The position numbers and the translations under genes are program-made. 64,000 nucleotides of DNA from Chloroflexota bacterium (GTDB lineage: Bacteria > Chloroflexota > UBA11872 > UBA12225 > JAJDUF01). The notes under the pieces are model-generated. The model searched no databases. It was not told the origin of the DNA and worked only from the letters and a program-made list of their open reading frames with translations. The stretch's first letter is position 1; every line of letters begins with the position of its first letter. The stretch lies in contig OZ243944.1 of assembly GCA_965214295.1 (NCBI GenBank), positions 4,158,426 to 4,222,425 on the forward strand, read 5' to 3'. Positions 37,344 through 47,842 of the stretch are shown here, in pieces.

Positions 37344-38090
37344 ATGCAGCAAGACCCGGCAACGATTGACCGCCTGACGCCAACGCGCCGTCCGGGTGGG
37401 CCGATCCTGGCACGGCAGCAATGGCGGCAGCTGCTCTTCCTCCACTGGCCCGTGCCGATAGCGGCGCTCCAGGCTCGGCTCCCCGCGCCGTTGGTCGTGG
37501 ATACCTTCCGAGATCGCGCGTATGTCGGCCTGATCGCGCTCACGATGCCCACAATACGCTTACGTTGGCTACCCTCCACACCGGCGCTCACCCGCCTGCA
37601 CACGCTGAATCTCCGGACCTACGTGCAGCGGGACGGACGCGAGCCGGGCGTCTGGTTTTTCAGTCTCGATACCTCGCACCCGCTGGTCGTGCTCGCCGGC
37701 CGCCTCGGCTGGCGGCTTCCCTACCACGTTGCCGCCATTCAGCGCCAGCGGGAGGGACGCACCCTCGCTTTCCGCAGCGCGCGACGCTGGCCCGGCCCAT
37801 TTCCGGCGCAGTTTGCGGCGCGCTGTCGCGTCGGCGCCCCCCTCGGCGCAGCGCGGCCCGGCAGCCTAGAGCACTTTCTGGTCGAGCGCTACCTACTCTA
37901 CACGGACGGTGGCCGCCGGGGGCTGCGCGTCGGCCAGGTGTACCACCCTCCCTTTGCGCTGTACCACGCCACCGTCGAGTCCCTGGACGAGACGATGCTA
38001 CGCGCCGCCGGGCTGGCTCTACCGCGGACAGAACCGCTGGCCCACTACTGTCCCGGCGTTGATACCGAACTGTTTGGCTTGCGCTCTTGA
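37344..38090 (+). CDS. DUF2071 (YqjF-like) family protein.
   Basis: W..LLFLHWPV...LP..LVVDTF...AYVGL and later conserved Trp/Arg blocks match DUF2071. Confidence 0.6.
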   Translation: MQQDPATIDRLTPTRRPGGPILARQQWRQLLFLHWPVPIAALQARLPAPLVVDTFRDRAYVGLIALTMPTIRLRWLPSTPALTRLHTLNLRTYVQRDGREPGVWFFSLDTSHPLVVLAGRLGWRLPYHVAAIQRQREGRTLAFRSARRWPGPFPAQFAARCRVGAPLGAARPGSLEHFLVERYLLYTDGGRRGLRVGQVYHPPFALYHATVESLDETMLRAAGLALPRTEPLAHYCPGVDTELFGLRS

Positions 38091-38308
38091 AGGACGACCG
38101 GGGATGAGGCTCGTCATTCCCGCGCACGCGGGAATCCATGTCCTCCTGCGGATGCGGGGGGACCATAGGGGGCCGGAGGTGCGTAGCTGCCCCTACCTTG
38201 CCCCGCGCTCGTATTGGCTGATACCGTCACCTGGTAGGCGCCAGCGCACCGGCAGGCGGTGTCTTGCCGCGTCCATAGAGCGTTAAGCGCATGGAGGGGG
38301 CTTCAGGA

Positions 38309-39727
38309 ATGAGCAAGAGTCGGATCGGACTGGTGGGCTTGGCCGTGATGGGCCAGAACTTGGCCCGTAATATCGCGCGCTTTGCCACGGTCACGGTCTA
38401 CAACCGCACCACCGCACGCACGCAAGAGTTCCTGGCCGGGCCGGCGCAGGGCGCCGCTATTCGCGGCTCCGCCACACTGGAGGAGTTTGTCGGCTCGCTC
38501 GAACGACCGCGGACGATCATCCTCATGGTGCAGGCGGGGCGGCCGGTGGATGCCGTGCTCGCCCAGCTCCGTCCGCTCCTCACCGCCGGCGATATTGTGG
38601 TTGACGGTGGCAACTCGCTGTACCAGGACACCATCCGCCGCGGCGCGGAGGTAGCGCCGGCCGGCCTGCACTACGTCGGCATGGGCGTGAGTGGCGGCGA
38701 GGAGGGCGCCCTCAACGGCCCGTCGCTGATGCCGGGCGGGCCGCGCGCGGCCTACGATCATCTAGCACCCATCTTGACCAAGATCGCCGCCCAGACCGAC
38801 GACGATGGCGCTTGCGTGACCTACATCGGCGAGGGTGGCGGTGGTCATTATGTCAAGATGGTCCACAACGGCATCGAGTACGGCGACATGCAGCTAATTG
38901 CCGAAGTGTATGAACTGCTGCGTCGGCTAGAGCGCCGGACGGCGCCGGAGATCGGCGCCGTGTTCGCGCAGTGGAACGAGACCGAACTGCAATCGTATCT
39001 CGTCGAGATTACGGCGACGGTCCTGGGCTACACCGACCCGGAGACGCAGCAGCCGCTCGTTGATCTCATCCTCGACACGTCCGGGCAGAAAGGCACCGGG
39101 CGCTGGACCTCGCAGGACGCGCTCGACCTCGGCGTACCCATCCCCACGATTGACGCCGCCGTCTGGTCGCGGAACATCTCCGCCCGCAAGGACGAGCGGG
39201 TGCGGGCCGCGCAGGTGCTCGGCGAGGCACCAGCTGAGGGAGCGGTGGCGGCTGACACCGCCTTTACGGAGCAGGTCCGGGCGGCGCTCTACGCGGCGAA
39301 GATCATCACCTACGCGCAGGGAATGGCGCTCTTGCGCGCGGCGTCCCGAGAATACGGCTTTGGCTTGAACCTGGCGGAAGTAGCCCGCATCTGGAAGGGC
39401 GGGTGCATCATCCGGGCGGCCTTGCTCGACCAGATCAAGGCCGCTTTCCTCGATACGCCCGACCTGACCAACCTGCTCCTGCATCCTCCGCTGACCGCGC
39501 AAGTGACGGCGCGGATCGGGGCATTGCGCCAGGTCGTCGCCCTGGCCCGCAAGCAGGGAATCGCCTGTCCGGCCCTGAGCGCGTCACTCGACTACTACGA
39601 GAGCTATCGCCAGGAGCGCCTCCCCGCCAACCTGATCCAGGCGCAGCGCGATTATTTCGGCGCACACACCTACCAACGCACCGACAAACCCGGCACCTTC
39701 CATACCGAGTGGCAGGCAGCGGAGTAG
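38309..39727 (+). CDS. gnd: 6-phosphogluconate dehydrogenase (decarboxylating).
   Basis: IGLVGLAVMGQNLARN NADP-binding site, GGGHYVKMVHNGIEYGDMQLIAE, and the C-terminal QAQRDYFGAHTY motif. ATG at 38309 with GGAGGGGG upstream. Confidence 0.9.
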   Translation: MSKSRIGLVGLAVMGQNLARNIARFATVTVYNRTTARTQEFLAGPAQGAAIRGSATLEEFVGSLERPRTIILMVQAGRPVDAVLAQLRPLLTAGDIVVDGGNSLYQDTIRRGAEVAPAGLHYVGMGVSGGEEGALNGPSLMPGGPRAAYDHLAPILTKIAAQTDDDGACVTYIGEGGGGHYVKMVHNGIEYGDMQLIAEVYELLRRLERRTAPEIGAVFAQWNETELQSYLVEITATVLGYTDPETQQPLVDLILDTSGQKGTGRWTSQDALDLGVPIPTIDAAVWSRNISARKDERVRAAQVLGEAPAEGAVAADTAFTEQVRAALYAAKIITYAQGMALLRAASREYGFGLNLAEVARIWKGGCIIRAALLDQIKAAFLDTPDLTNLLLHPPLTAQVTARIGALRQVVALARKQGIACPALSASLDYYESYRQERLPANLIQAQRDYFGAHTYQRTDKPGTFHTEWQAAE

Positions 39728-39729
39728 GC

Positions 39730-40200
39730 GCCCCCCCCCGGCCCCCTCGCCTCACCCCCGCCTAGACAAGGGTAGGTTTCTTGTGTAGGGGCGCGATTCA
39801 TCGCGCCCAAGCACTCGTCATTGCGGGGCCAGCCGCCATCCAGGGCCATACGTGGCCCCCCCACCCATCATTGCGGCGGAAGCCGCAATCCACGTCCCCC
39901 TGCGGCGCGGTGAACTGGGGAGCGTGCCCCTGCTCCGGTCTACCGGTGGCCGCTCCCTCTCCCAGGGGGAGAGGGTTCTGACTAGGGTAGGTATGGGACC
40001 AGGGCAATGCTCGCCACGCTTGTCACCAGGTAGGGGCGCGATTGATCGCGCCCTGGGCGTCATGAATGACGCCCCTACCAGCCTGTTTTCCGTTTTACCT
40101 ATTTACCTACCCCTGTGAGGGGAGAGGGTTGGGGTGAGGGCAGCCGGGGGGTGAGGCCCGGATGCCCCACCCTGCTACCATGCACTTGAGCCACGGATAC
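39730..40200. repeat. 470-bp intergenic repeat island (gnd to ABC exporter). It holds two tandem copies of a composite MITE-like element: a GGTAGGT-containing TIR-like end, a GGGGCGCGATTCATCGCGCCC hairpin, hairpin-A copies at 39816-39845 and 39866-39895, and hairpin-B copies (CCCTCTCCC-AGGG-GGAGAGGGTT...GGGGTGAGGG).
   Basis: Direct reading of the sequence. The element ends (ACAAGGGTAGGTTTCTTGTGTAGGGG at about 39762; CTGACTAGGGTAGGTATGGG at about 39981; TTTACCTACCCCTGTGAGGGG at about 40095) match the TIRs of the element at 61436-61652. Confidence 0.6.
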
Positions 40201-40207
40201 CTCACGC

Positions 40208-41950
40208 ATGAACGTGTCGCTGCGGCAGTACCATGACCTGTTGGCGAGCTACCTCTGGCCCCAGCGCGGCCACGTCGCGCTCCTGGCGGTCTTCATCCTC
40301 GGCAACACCGGCCTGCTGCTCGTCACGCCGCAGCTGCTCCGCAGCTTCATTGACACCGCTCAGGCCGGCCAGGCTTTCACTGCGCTCGTGACGTTGGCAC
40401 TCCTCTTCAGCGGGGTAGCACTGGGTCAGCAGGTCGTTTCGGTGCTCGCCACCTACTTCAGCGAGCGCGTCGCCTGGACCGCCACCAACACCCTCCGCTC
40501 GGACCTGGCCCGGCACTGCCTGGGGTTGGACATGTCGTTCCATCACGAGCACCCGCCGGGCGAAATGATCGAGCGCGTGGACGGTGACGTGAATAACCTG
40601 GGGGCCTTCTTCTCCACGTTCACGATCCAGATCGTGGGGAGCTGCCTGCTTCTCATCGGCATTCTGGCGCTGCTCTTTCGGGAGGAGTGGCGGGCCGGCC
40701 TGGGCTTCACGCTGTTTGTGCTGTTCAGCGTGACCATCTTGCTGCGGCTGCGGAACATCTCGGTTCCCTATTGGCGGGCACGGAGCGAGGCCCGCGCCAA
40801 TATGTTCGGCTTTCTCGAAGAACGGCTGGCAGGTACGGAAGACATCCGCTCCGCCAAGGCGCAGCCCTACGTCTTGCGCCGGTTCTATGAGCTGACGCGC
40901 ACGTGGTTGAGCAAAGAGATGCGGGCCGGCCTGGCTATCGGCGTCTTCTGGAACACGAACGAGACCCTCTGGGCAGTCGGGAGCGCGGCGGCCTTGGCGC
41001 TGGGCGCCTATCTCTTCCTGGAGCAGGCAATCACGCTCGGCACGGTGTACCTGCTCTTTCACTACGCTACGATGCTTGTCCAGCCCATCAGCCGGCTGAC
41101 CCAGGAGCTGGAGAGCTTGCAGCACGCCTCCGCGAGCATCCTGCGGCTGGGCGAGCTACTCCGCACCCGCAGCACCATCCTCGACGGCGCGGGCGTGGCC
41201 TTCCCGGCCGGGGCACTGTCGGTCGAGTTCGACAGTGTGACGTTCGGCTACCACCGCGAGCAGGCGGTGTTGCACAACATCTCTTTTCGGCTGCTGCCGG
41301 GGAGGACCTTGGGCCTGCTGGGACGCACGGGGAGTGGCAAAACCAGTCTCACGCGCCTCGTGTGCCGCCTCTACGACCCGCACAGCGGCACGATCCGGCT
41401 GGGCGGGCAGGACATTCGGCAGTGTACCCTCCCGGACCTGCGCGAGCGCATTGGGATGGTCACGCAAAACGTGCAGCTGTTCCACGGCACGGTGCGGGAC
41501 AATCTGACCCTTTTCGATCCTGATATTTCGGACGAACGCCTGCATGCGGTCATTGCCGAGCTTGGTCTCGCGTCGTGGTATGCGGCGCTGCCCGATGGTC
41601 TGGACACCATGCTCGCGCACGACGGGGGCCTCTCCGCCGGCGAAGCGCAGCTGCTGGCCTTTGCCCGCGTCTTCCTGCGACCGGCCGGCTTGGTGATCCT
41701 CGACGAAGCCTCCTCGCGTCTGGACCGGGACACGGAGCGGCTGATCGAACGGGCGCTGGACAGGCTGGCAGCGGACCGGACCGTGATCGTCATTGCCCAC
41801 CGCTTGGCTACCGTGCAGCGCGTGGACGAGATCATGATTTTGGAGGACGGACTCATCCTGGAGCATGGCGAGCGGCGGCGCCTAGCCAGCGATCCGCACG
41901 CTCGCTTCCACGGACTGCTCCGGACCGGGCTGGAGGAGGTCCTGGCGTGA
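40208..41950 (+). CDS. ABC transporter, fused permease/ATPase (type I exporter, MsbA/MdlB-like), subunit 1 of a heterodimer pair.
   Basis: Six-TM N-terminal domain then Walker A GRTGSGKTS, signature LSAGEAQL, Walker B LVILDEASS, and H-loop AHRL. Confidence 0.85.
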   Translation: MNVSLRQYHDLLASYLWPQRGHVALLAVFILGNTGLLLVTPQLLRSFIDTAQAGQAFTALVTLALLFSGVALGQQVVSVLATYFSERVAWTATNTLRSDLARHCLGLDMSFHHEHPPGEMIERVDGDVNNLGAFFSTFTIQIVGSCLLLIGILALLFREEWRAGLGFTLFVLFSVTILLRLRNISVPYWRARSEARANMFGFLEERLAGTEDIRSAKAQPYVLRRFYELTRTWLSKEMRAGLAIGVFWNTNETLWAVGSAAALALGAYLFLEQAITLGTVYLLFHYATMLVQPISRLTQELESLQHASASILRLGELLRTRSTILDGAGVAFPAGALSVEFDSVTFGYHREQAVLHNISFRLLPGRTLGLLGRTGSGKTSLTRLVCRLYDPHSGTIRLGGQDIRQCTLPDLRERIGMVTQNVQLFHGTVRDNLTLFDPDISDERLHAVIAELGLASWYAALPDGLDTMLAHDGGLSAGEAQLLAFARVFLRPAGLVILDEASSRLDRDTERLIERALDRLAADRTVIVIAHRLATVQRVDEIMILEDGLILEHGERRRLASDPHARFHGLLRTGLEEVLA

Positions 41951-43767
41951 AGACCTGGCAGCACCTCTGGGGGCTGATCCGCTTCCTGCCGGGGCACTAC
42001 GGCAGCATGCTCGTCCTCCGCACGCTGTCCTTCGCGGTCGTGCCGAATGCGGTAGCACTGGCGAACCGAGAGTTCTTCGACAGCCTGACCGGCGAGGCCC
42101 AGTTCGACTGGGGGCCGTATACGATCATCGCGCTGCTGGTAGCGATTGCGCTGGCACGGATGGTCGCCATCTTTGTCGAAATCATCATCTTCTTCCTGTC
42201 CAGATTCACGATGGAAACACTGCTGCGCCGCAACCTGCTGGCGCACATCCTCGACCAACCCGGCTCGCAAGCACTGCCAGCCTCGCCCGGCGAGGCGGTC
42301 AGCCGCTTCCGCGGTGACGTGGAGGCCATCACGGAGTACATGGTGCTGTCCCCTTTCAAGGTGGCGCACCTCCTCTATGTCCCAGCGGCGCTCTTTGTGA
42401 TGCTCCAGGTCAACGCGCTCATCACGACCGTCGTGTTTCTGCCCCTGCTGTTCATCATCGTCACGGCCAGCATTGCGACGCGGCGGATTCGGCGGTACCG
42501 CCAGGCCAACCGCGAGGCGACCGGCAACGTGACGGGGTTCATCGGCGAGCTATTCCGGATGGTCGAAGCGGTCAAGCTCGCCACAGCCGAGGCGCGCGTC
42601 ATGGGCCGCTTCGATCAGCTCAACAAGATACGGCTACAGACCACCATCAAGGACCGGATGTTGAGCGCCATCCTGAACTCGATGTTCGATAACTCCGCCA
42701 ATCTAGGCACGGCCATCATCCTGATCCTGGTCGGCCAATCCATGCAGGCGGGGAGCTTCACTGTCGGCGATTTTGTGCTCTTCGTCTACTATCTCCAGCA
42801 GCTGACGTGGGTCAACCGCAACATCGGCTCGGCCTGGACCGAATACAAGCAGATCGGTGTCTCCATCGAGCGCCTCGTGACCTTGCTGGGAGACGCGCCA
42901 CCGCAAAAGCTGGTGGCACACAGCCCGGTCTACCTCCGCGGCGCGCTGCCGGAGGTGCCGTTCACTCCCAAGACGGCTGCCGACCGCCTGGTCAGTCTGG
43001 AGGCCTCGGGACTGACCTATCGCTATCCCGATTCGGGACGCGGTATCGCAGGCATTGATCTACGGCTAACGCGCGGGTCGTTCACGGTCATCACCGGCCG
43101 AATCGGCGCCGGCAAGACCACACTGTTGCGCGTCTTGCTGGGTCTCGTCCCGAAAGACGCGGGCGAGGTGCAGTGGAACGGCAGGCCGGTGGAGGCGCCG
43201 GCCACGTTCTTTGTGCCCCCGCGCTGTGCATACACGGCCCAAGTGCCCCGCCTATTCAGCGAGACGCTGAAGGACAACATCCTGCTGGGCTTGCCGGAAG
43301 ACCGGGTGAACATCCCGGCGGCCCTGCGGTCGGCCGTGCTGGAGCCGGACATGGAACAGTTGGAGCACGGTCTCGACACGCTCGTTGGCTCTCGCGGGGT
43401 CAAGCTCTCCGGCGGCCAAGCCCAACGCGCGGCGGCGGCGCGGATGTTCGTCCGCGATCCCGAGCTGCTGGTCTTCGACGATCTCTCCAGCGCCCTCGAC
43501 GTGGAAACGGAACGACAACTCTGGGAGCGCGTCTTCGCCCGTCCCGACGCAACCTGCTTGGTGGTTTCGCACCGGCGGGTAGCGTTGCATCGAGCCGATC
43601 ACATCATCGTGCTGAAGGACGGCCAGGTGGACGCGGCCGGCAGCCTCGACGAGTTGCTGGCGACCTCCGCAGAGCTGCAAAAGCTCTGGCAAGACGACCG
43701 CGGGACGGGAGCGGTGGATGGCGCGGCGCACCTATCCCTAACCTCCTCCCTGAAGGGAAGGGGCTAA
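41947..43767 (+). CDS. ABC transporter, fused permease/ATPase, subunit 2.
   Basis: GTG at 41947 overlaps the upstream TGA (GTGA). TM domain then GRIGAGKTT, LSGGQAQR, LLVFDDLSSALD, SHRR. Confidence 0.85.
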   Translation: MKTWQHLWGLIRFLPGHYGSMLVLRTLSFAVVPNAVALANREFFDSLTGEAQFDWGPYTIIALLVAIALARMVAIFVEIIIFFLSRFTMETLLRRNLLAHILDQPGSQALPASPGEAVSRFRGDVEAITEYMVLSPFKVAHLLYVPAALFVMLQVNALITTVVFLPLLFIIVTASIATRRIRRYRQANREATGNVTGFIGELFRMVEAVKLATAEARVMGRFDQLNKIRLQTTIKDRMLSAILNSMFDNSANLGTAIILILVGQSMQAGSFTVGDFVLFVYYLQQLTWVNRNIGSAWTEYKQIGVSIERLVTLLGDAPPQKLVAHSPVYLRGALPEVPFTPKTAADRLVSLEASGLTYRYPDSGRGIAGIDLRLTRGSFTVITGRIGAGKTTLLRVLLGLVPKDAGEVQWNGRPVEAPATFFVPPRCAYTAQVPRLFSETLKDNILLGLPEDRVNIPAALRSAVLEPDMEQLEHGLDTLVGSRGVKLSGGQAQRAAAARMFVRDPELLVFDDLSSALDVETERQLWERVFARPDATCLVVSHRRVALHRADHIIVLKDGQVDAAGSLDELLATSAELQKLWQDDRGTGAVDGAAHLSLTSSLKGRG

Positions 43768-43814
43768 AGGTCACCGCCATGACTTCTCTTGCCTAGTGGG
43801 CCGGTCTGCATTAC

Positions 43815-44009
43815 CTAGCAGGCTGCTGAATGTCCGCTCTTTGCGGCTGTACGGTAGGCGAAGAACTCGCCGACTGCAATGCCGGCCACTGTGCCAACGA
43901 TTGTCCACAATGGCCCTGCTGCGTACCCCAATACAACGCCGCCGATGAGCGCCCCACCGAAGACGACTGCCGGGGGAGCGGCAAGTGGAGTTGATGGGTT
44001 TGCTTCCAC
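43815..44009 (-). CDS. Possible small Gly-rich two-helix membrane protein (64 aa).
   Basis: GTG start preceded by a strong AAGGAGG. Hydrophobic Gly-rich segments (VVFGGALIGGVVLGYAAGPLWTIVGTVAGIAVGEFFAY). It lies in a low-GC patch next to a transposase relic. Confidence 0.35.
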   Translation of the reverse strand: MEANPSTPLAAPPAVVFGGALIGGVVLGYAAGPLWTIVGTVAGIAVGEFFAYRTAAKSGHSAAC

Positions 44010-44114
44010 ACTCTCCCCTCCTTAGTCAAATATGAAATCGCCTTGCTCACACAATTTCCTCACGGTGGTTCCCTTCTCGCTGGTCTCCTCTATTGGTTGA
44101 TAGGATATTCGTGA

Positions 44115-44288
44115 TGCGGCGTCTTCTCAGTAGAGCGGTCATCTGTCTTCTCCAAACGAGTGGAACGGCATCGGCACGCCCTGGCGCTGTATTTCGTGTA
44201 TTACAACTTCTGCCGGATGCATCAGACATTGGGCGAGACACCAGCAATGGCGAGTGGCTTAACGAGCAAGCCGTATGATCTGGAGTAG
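44115..44288 (+). mobile_element. Transposase C-terminal remnant (about 57 codons, no start, preceded by an in-frame stop).
   Basis: Own translation: ...RHALALYFVYYNFCRMHQTLGETPAMASGLTSKPYDLE*. The YNxxRxHxxLxxxTPA tail is typical of DDE-transposase/integrase C-termini. The surrounding 43770-44530 has lower GC than its neighbours. Confidence 0.45.
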
Positions 44289-44527
44289 ATTGTCAGCCTC
44301 GTGGAAGCACGGGAACCACCAACCACGCAAACGACGGCGGCCAAAATGAAACTTTATCGCCACCTGTCGCCACGGGGTAGGGATAGCAGATAGCGCCGGG
44401 GCACCCCTCTCGGCTTGGGACTAGCCTCTCATCCCACACGTCGAAGCGTCCACGCCAGGTTTGTCTGTAGCTGGCGCCATCGGTTCACACTGCCGGTTGA
44501 GCGCCAACGGCGGTATGCTGAGGACTA

Positions 44528-45805
44528 ATGACAGAGCGCGGCCGCCAGCGCGTCGTCGTAACCGGCATCGGCGCCGTGACTCCCATCGGTACCGGCCGCG
44601 CAGGTCTCTGGGCGGGGGTCAAGCGGGGGCGGTCGGCCGTCGGGCCGGTGACGCGCTTCGACGCAACCCCCTTCCGCGCCCGCCTGGCCGCCGAGATCGG
44701 CGACTTCGATCCACTGGCTCACCTGGAATCCCGTCAGGCGCGCCGCCTGGATCGCTATGCCCAATTGGCCCTCGTCGCCGCGCGGCTGGCAGTGGACGAT
44801 GCTCGCCTCCACGTACCGGAAGGACGCCCCCGCAACCGCGCCGGGGTGTATCTGGGCAGCGCCCTTGGTGGCGTAGCCTACGCCGAGGAGCAGCACGCCG
44901 CCTTCCTGGCGCGAGGTGTGCGCGCCGTATCACCAACGCTGGCGCTGGCCGTCTTCGGTGGTGCCAGTGCCACCAATGTCGCGATTGACCTGGGCTGGCG
45001 CGGCCCCAACCTCACGAATGCCAATAGCTGCGCGTCCGGGGCAGTCGCGATTGGCGAGGCGTTTCGGCTAATCCGTGCCGGTGGCGCCAACGTCATGCTC
45101 GCGGGCGGGGTCGAAGCGCCGCTAGCTCCCTTGACCTTTGGCGCTTTTGCGCTCATCAAGGCGATGTCTACGCGCAACGACTACCCCGGCCGGGCGAGCC
45201 GGCCGTTCGACGCGGCCCGCGACGGGTTTGTCATGGGCGAAGGGGCCTGTATGGTGGTGCTGGAATCCCTTCCCCACGCGCAACGTCGCGGTGCCGACGT
45301 GCTCGGCGAGGTCGTCGGCTATGCCCTGACCAACGACGCGCACCACATGACGGCGCCGCGCCCGGACGGCCGCCAAGCGGCCCGCACCATCCGCCTGGCC
45401 CTGGCCGACGCCCGCCTCAAGGCCCACCGCATCGGTTATGTCAACGCGCACGGCAGCAGCACGGTGCTGGGGGATGCGGCGGAAGCGCGGGCGATCAGGA
45501 CCGGCTTTGGCCGCTACCTCACCCCGAACGCGCTGGTCAGCGCCACCAAGGGCCTCTACGGGCATCCACTCGGCGCGAGCGGCGCTATCGAGGCGGCCCT
45601 CACGGTCGAGGCGCTACGCACCGGCTGGCTACCCCCCACCACCAACCTGGCACAGCCCGACCCGGCGTGTACCTTGCCCCTGGTACCGGCCGGCGGACTA
45701 CACCGGCCGACGGACTATGCTCTGTGCAACACCTTCGGCTTCGGCGGCATCAACGCCGGCCTCGTCCTCGCCCGCCCCGGCGCCGGGGATGAGGGCAGCG
45801 CCTGA
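44528..45805 (+). CDS. fabF: 3-oxoacyl-ACP synthase II (KAS II, FabF-type).
   Basis: Active-site Cys context NSCASGAVAIGEA, His motifs (NDAHHMTAP, NAHGSSTVLGD), and C-terminal NTFGFGGINAGLVL. Confidence 0.9.
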   Translation: MTERGRQRVVVTGIGAVTPIGTGRAGLWAGVKRGRSAVGPVTRFDATPFRARLAAEIGDFDPLAHLESRQARRLDRYAQLALVAARLAVDDARLHVPEGRPRNRAGVYLGSALGGVAYAEEQHAAFLARGVRAVSPTLALAVFGGASATNVAIDLGWRGPNLTNANSCASGAVAIGEAFRLIRAGGANVMLAGGVEAPLAPLTFGAFALIKAMSTRNDYPGRASRPFDAARDGFVMGEGACMVVLESLPHAQRRGADVLGEVVGYALTNDAHHMTAPRPDGRQAARTIRLALADARLKAHRIGYVNAHGSSTVLGDAAEARAIRTGFGRYLTPNALVSATKGLYGHPLGASGAIEAALTVEALRTGWLPPTTNLAQPDPACTLPLVPAGGLHRPTDYALCNTFGFGGINAGLVLARPGAGDEGSA

Positions 45806-46008
45806 GCGGTATCCACACGGATACGCAGGATGGACAGGATGGGTGAGGTATTGGCTCCCCGTCATTGCGGCGGAAGCCGCAATCCACGTCTCCCTGCGTT
45901 GCGGGGGGACCGTAGGGGTGCCGGCATCCCTCCCGTCATTGCGACGGAAGCCGCCATCCAGACCGACCGGGAGGCCACGAATAGCCTCGGAATGACGGGA
46001 GGCGATTG

Positions 46009-47199
46009 CTACTCGGCGGCGGACGGGCGCTCATCACCTGGCGCGGGGACCCGCTCGCCGTCGATGATGACGGTGGTGGCGCGGGAGCGCAATTCGAGCG
46101 GGTGGCCGTCGAAGAGCACGATATCGGCATCTTTGCCCGGCGTCAGGCTGCCTACGCGGTCGGCGACGCCCATGATCTCGGCCGGGGTCAACGTGATCGC
46201 GCGCAGCGCGTCCGGCTCTGTCATTCCTTCGGCGACGGCCAAGCCGGCGTAGAGACGCAGGTACTTGCTCGGCAGGACGGGGTGATCGGAGCAGATCGCC
46301 ACCGGGACACCGGCGCGCGCCAGAATGCCGAGCGCGGCAAACGTCTTCTCCCGCAGCTCGACCTTCATCCGCGCCCCAAAGGTCGGGCCAACCACGCAGG
46401 GCACCCGCCGCGCGGCGATCTCCTCCACAATGCGATGCGCTTCCGTCGCATGCTCCAAGATCACGTCCACCTCGAACTCCGCGGCGATCCGCAGCACCGT
46501 CAGAATGTCGTCGGCGCGGTGACAGTGCGCCAGCAGCGGGATTTCCCGTTGCAGTACCCGTCCGACCGTCTCCAAGCGCAGGTCACGGTCCGGGCGCTTG
46601 TCCGGGTCACGTGACCTATCTGCCAACTTACGCAGATAGTCTTGCGCTTGCACCAGCGTCTCGCGCAGCACCGCCGCGACACCCATGCGGGTCGAGGGTA
46701 GCTGCTTGCGGTCGCCGTAGACCCGCTTGGGATTTTCGCCAAAGGCCACCTTCAGGCCACACTCGGCCTTGACGACCATCCGGTCAACGATCCGGCCGGA
46801 GGTCTTGATAATGGCGCCGAGACCGCCAACGACGTTCCCGCTCCCAGGCAGCACGACGGCCGTCGTGACGCCGTGGGTCGCAGTGTCGTGCAGCCCCAGC
46901 TCCTCCGGGTTGATCCCGTCGAGCGCGCGCACGTGCGGCGTCACCGGGTCAGTGCTCTCGTTGGTGTCACTCCCTTCCCAGCCGACACCTTCCTCGTGGA
47001 CACCGAGGTGTGTATGGGCGTCGAGCATCCCCGGCAGGGCCAGCTGACCGGACGCATCTATGACCTCGGCGTCGCTGGGGATGGCAACGCCGGCACCGAC
47101 GGCGGCGATGGTCGAGCCGTCTATCAGGATCGTGCCATTCGCGGTCTCCGGGCCATCAATCGGCACAATATGGGCGTTGGTGATCGCCAACATCGGCAT
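46009..47199 (-). CDS. Metal-dependent amidohydrolase family protein.
   Basis: ALPGMLDAHTHLG (HxH metal site), a later His/Asp ligand pattern (ILEHAT...VAICSDHP), and C-terminal GKDADIVLFDG typical of PF01979 amidohydrolases. Confidence 0.8.
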   Translation of the reverse strand: MPMLAITNAHIVPIDGPETANGTILIDGSTIAAVGAGVAIPSDAEVIDASGQLALPGMLDAHTHLGVHEEGVGWEGSDTNESTDPVTPHVRALDGINPEELGLHDTATHGVTTAVVLPGSGNVVGGLGAIIKTSGRIVDRMVVKAECGLKVAFGENPKRVYGDRKQLPSTRMGVAAVLRETLVQAQDYLRKLADRSRDPDKRPDRDLRLETVGRVLQREIPLLAHCHRADDILTVLRIAAEFEVDVILEHATEAHRIVEEIAARRVPCVVGPTFGARMKVELREKTFAALGILARAGVPVAICSDHPVLPSKYLRLYAGLAVAEGMTEPDALRAITLTPAEIMGVADRVGSLTPGKDADIVLFDGHPLELRSRATTVIIDGERVPAPGDERPSAAE

Positions 47200-47269
47200 A
47201 CGGTACCTCGCTCAGGTTCGGGCGGCCGGTGCTGCCGGCGCGCCCGGTGCTGCCCACGCCAAGCACAGG

Positions 47270-47563
47270 TTACGGCATTTTCTCCACGATCTGCTCGAAC
47301 TCCTCCAGCGAGAATGCGCGCAAGGTTTGCGAACGCACATTGCCCTGGGCGCCGAGAGCGAGCAGCAAGGCCGCCGCCGTCTCTTCATCGGGCACCTCGG
47401 CAATAGCTACAACGTCATACGTGCCCATCGTCAGGTACCACGCCTCTACCTTGACGCCAAGGGCCTCAATCTCGCTGAGGTACTCGCGCACGCGCTGTGG
47501 GGAATCCTTGACGGTGCGGATACCCTGGTCGGTGTAGTTGAAAAGGATCACGTATTTCGGCAT
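47270..47563 (-). CDS. GYD-domain protein.
   Basis: 97 aa with ...WYLTMGTYDVVAIAEVPDEETAAALLLALGAQGNVRS..., the GYD-family core. Confidence 0.7.
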   Translation of the reverse strand: MPKYVILFNYTDQGIRTVKDSPQRVREYLSEIEALGVKVEAWYLTMGTYDVVAIAEVPDEETAAALLLALGAQGNVRSQTLRAFSLEEFEQIVEKMP

Positions 47564-47842
47564 GTTTCCCTCCTCTTATCCTGTCGGTCTTGGAGCCGCT
47601 GTCTGTAAGCCAGCGTGACGGTAGGCAGTGTGGCAGCGAGGAAGGATGGCTGTCAACCAGGACTGTTACACTGCCCGGTCGGGATAGTCGGCCGTTCACT
47701 GCGATACCACGTGCCCGCACGGTTGTGTCTACTGATATGCTGTGCAAAATAGAGAGATGGCGCGGCGGCGCTATGCCGCACACGACCCCGAGGGCGAACC
47801 CCCTGTTCAGCCCCCGGCACACCGCGCCCTAGGAGTAGTCCA

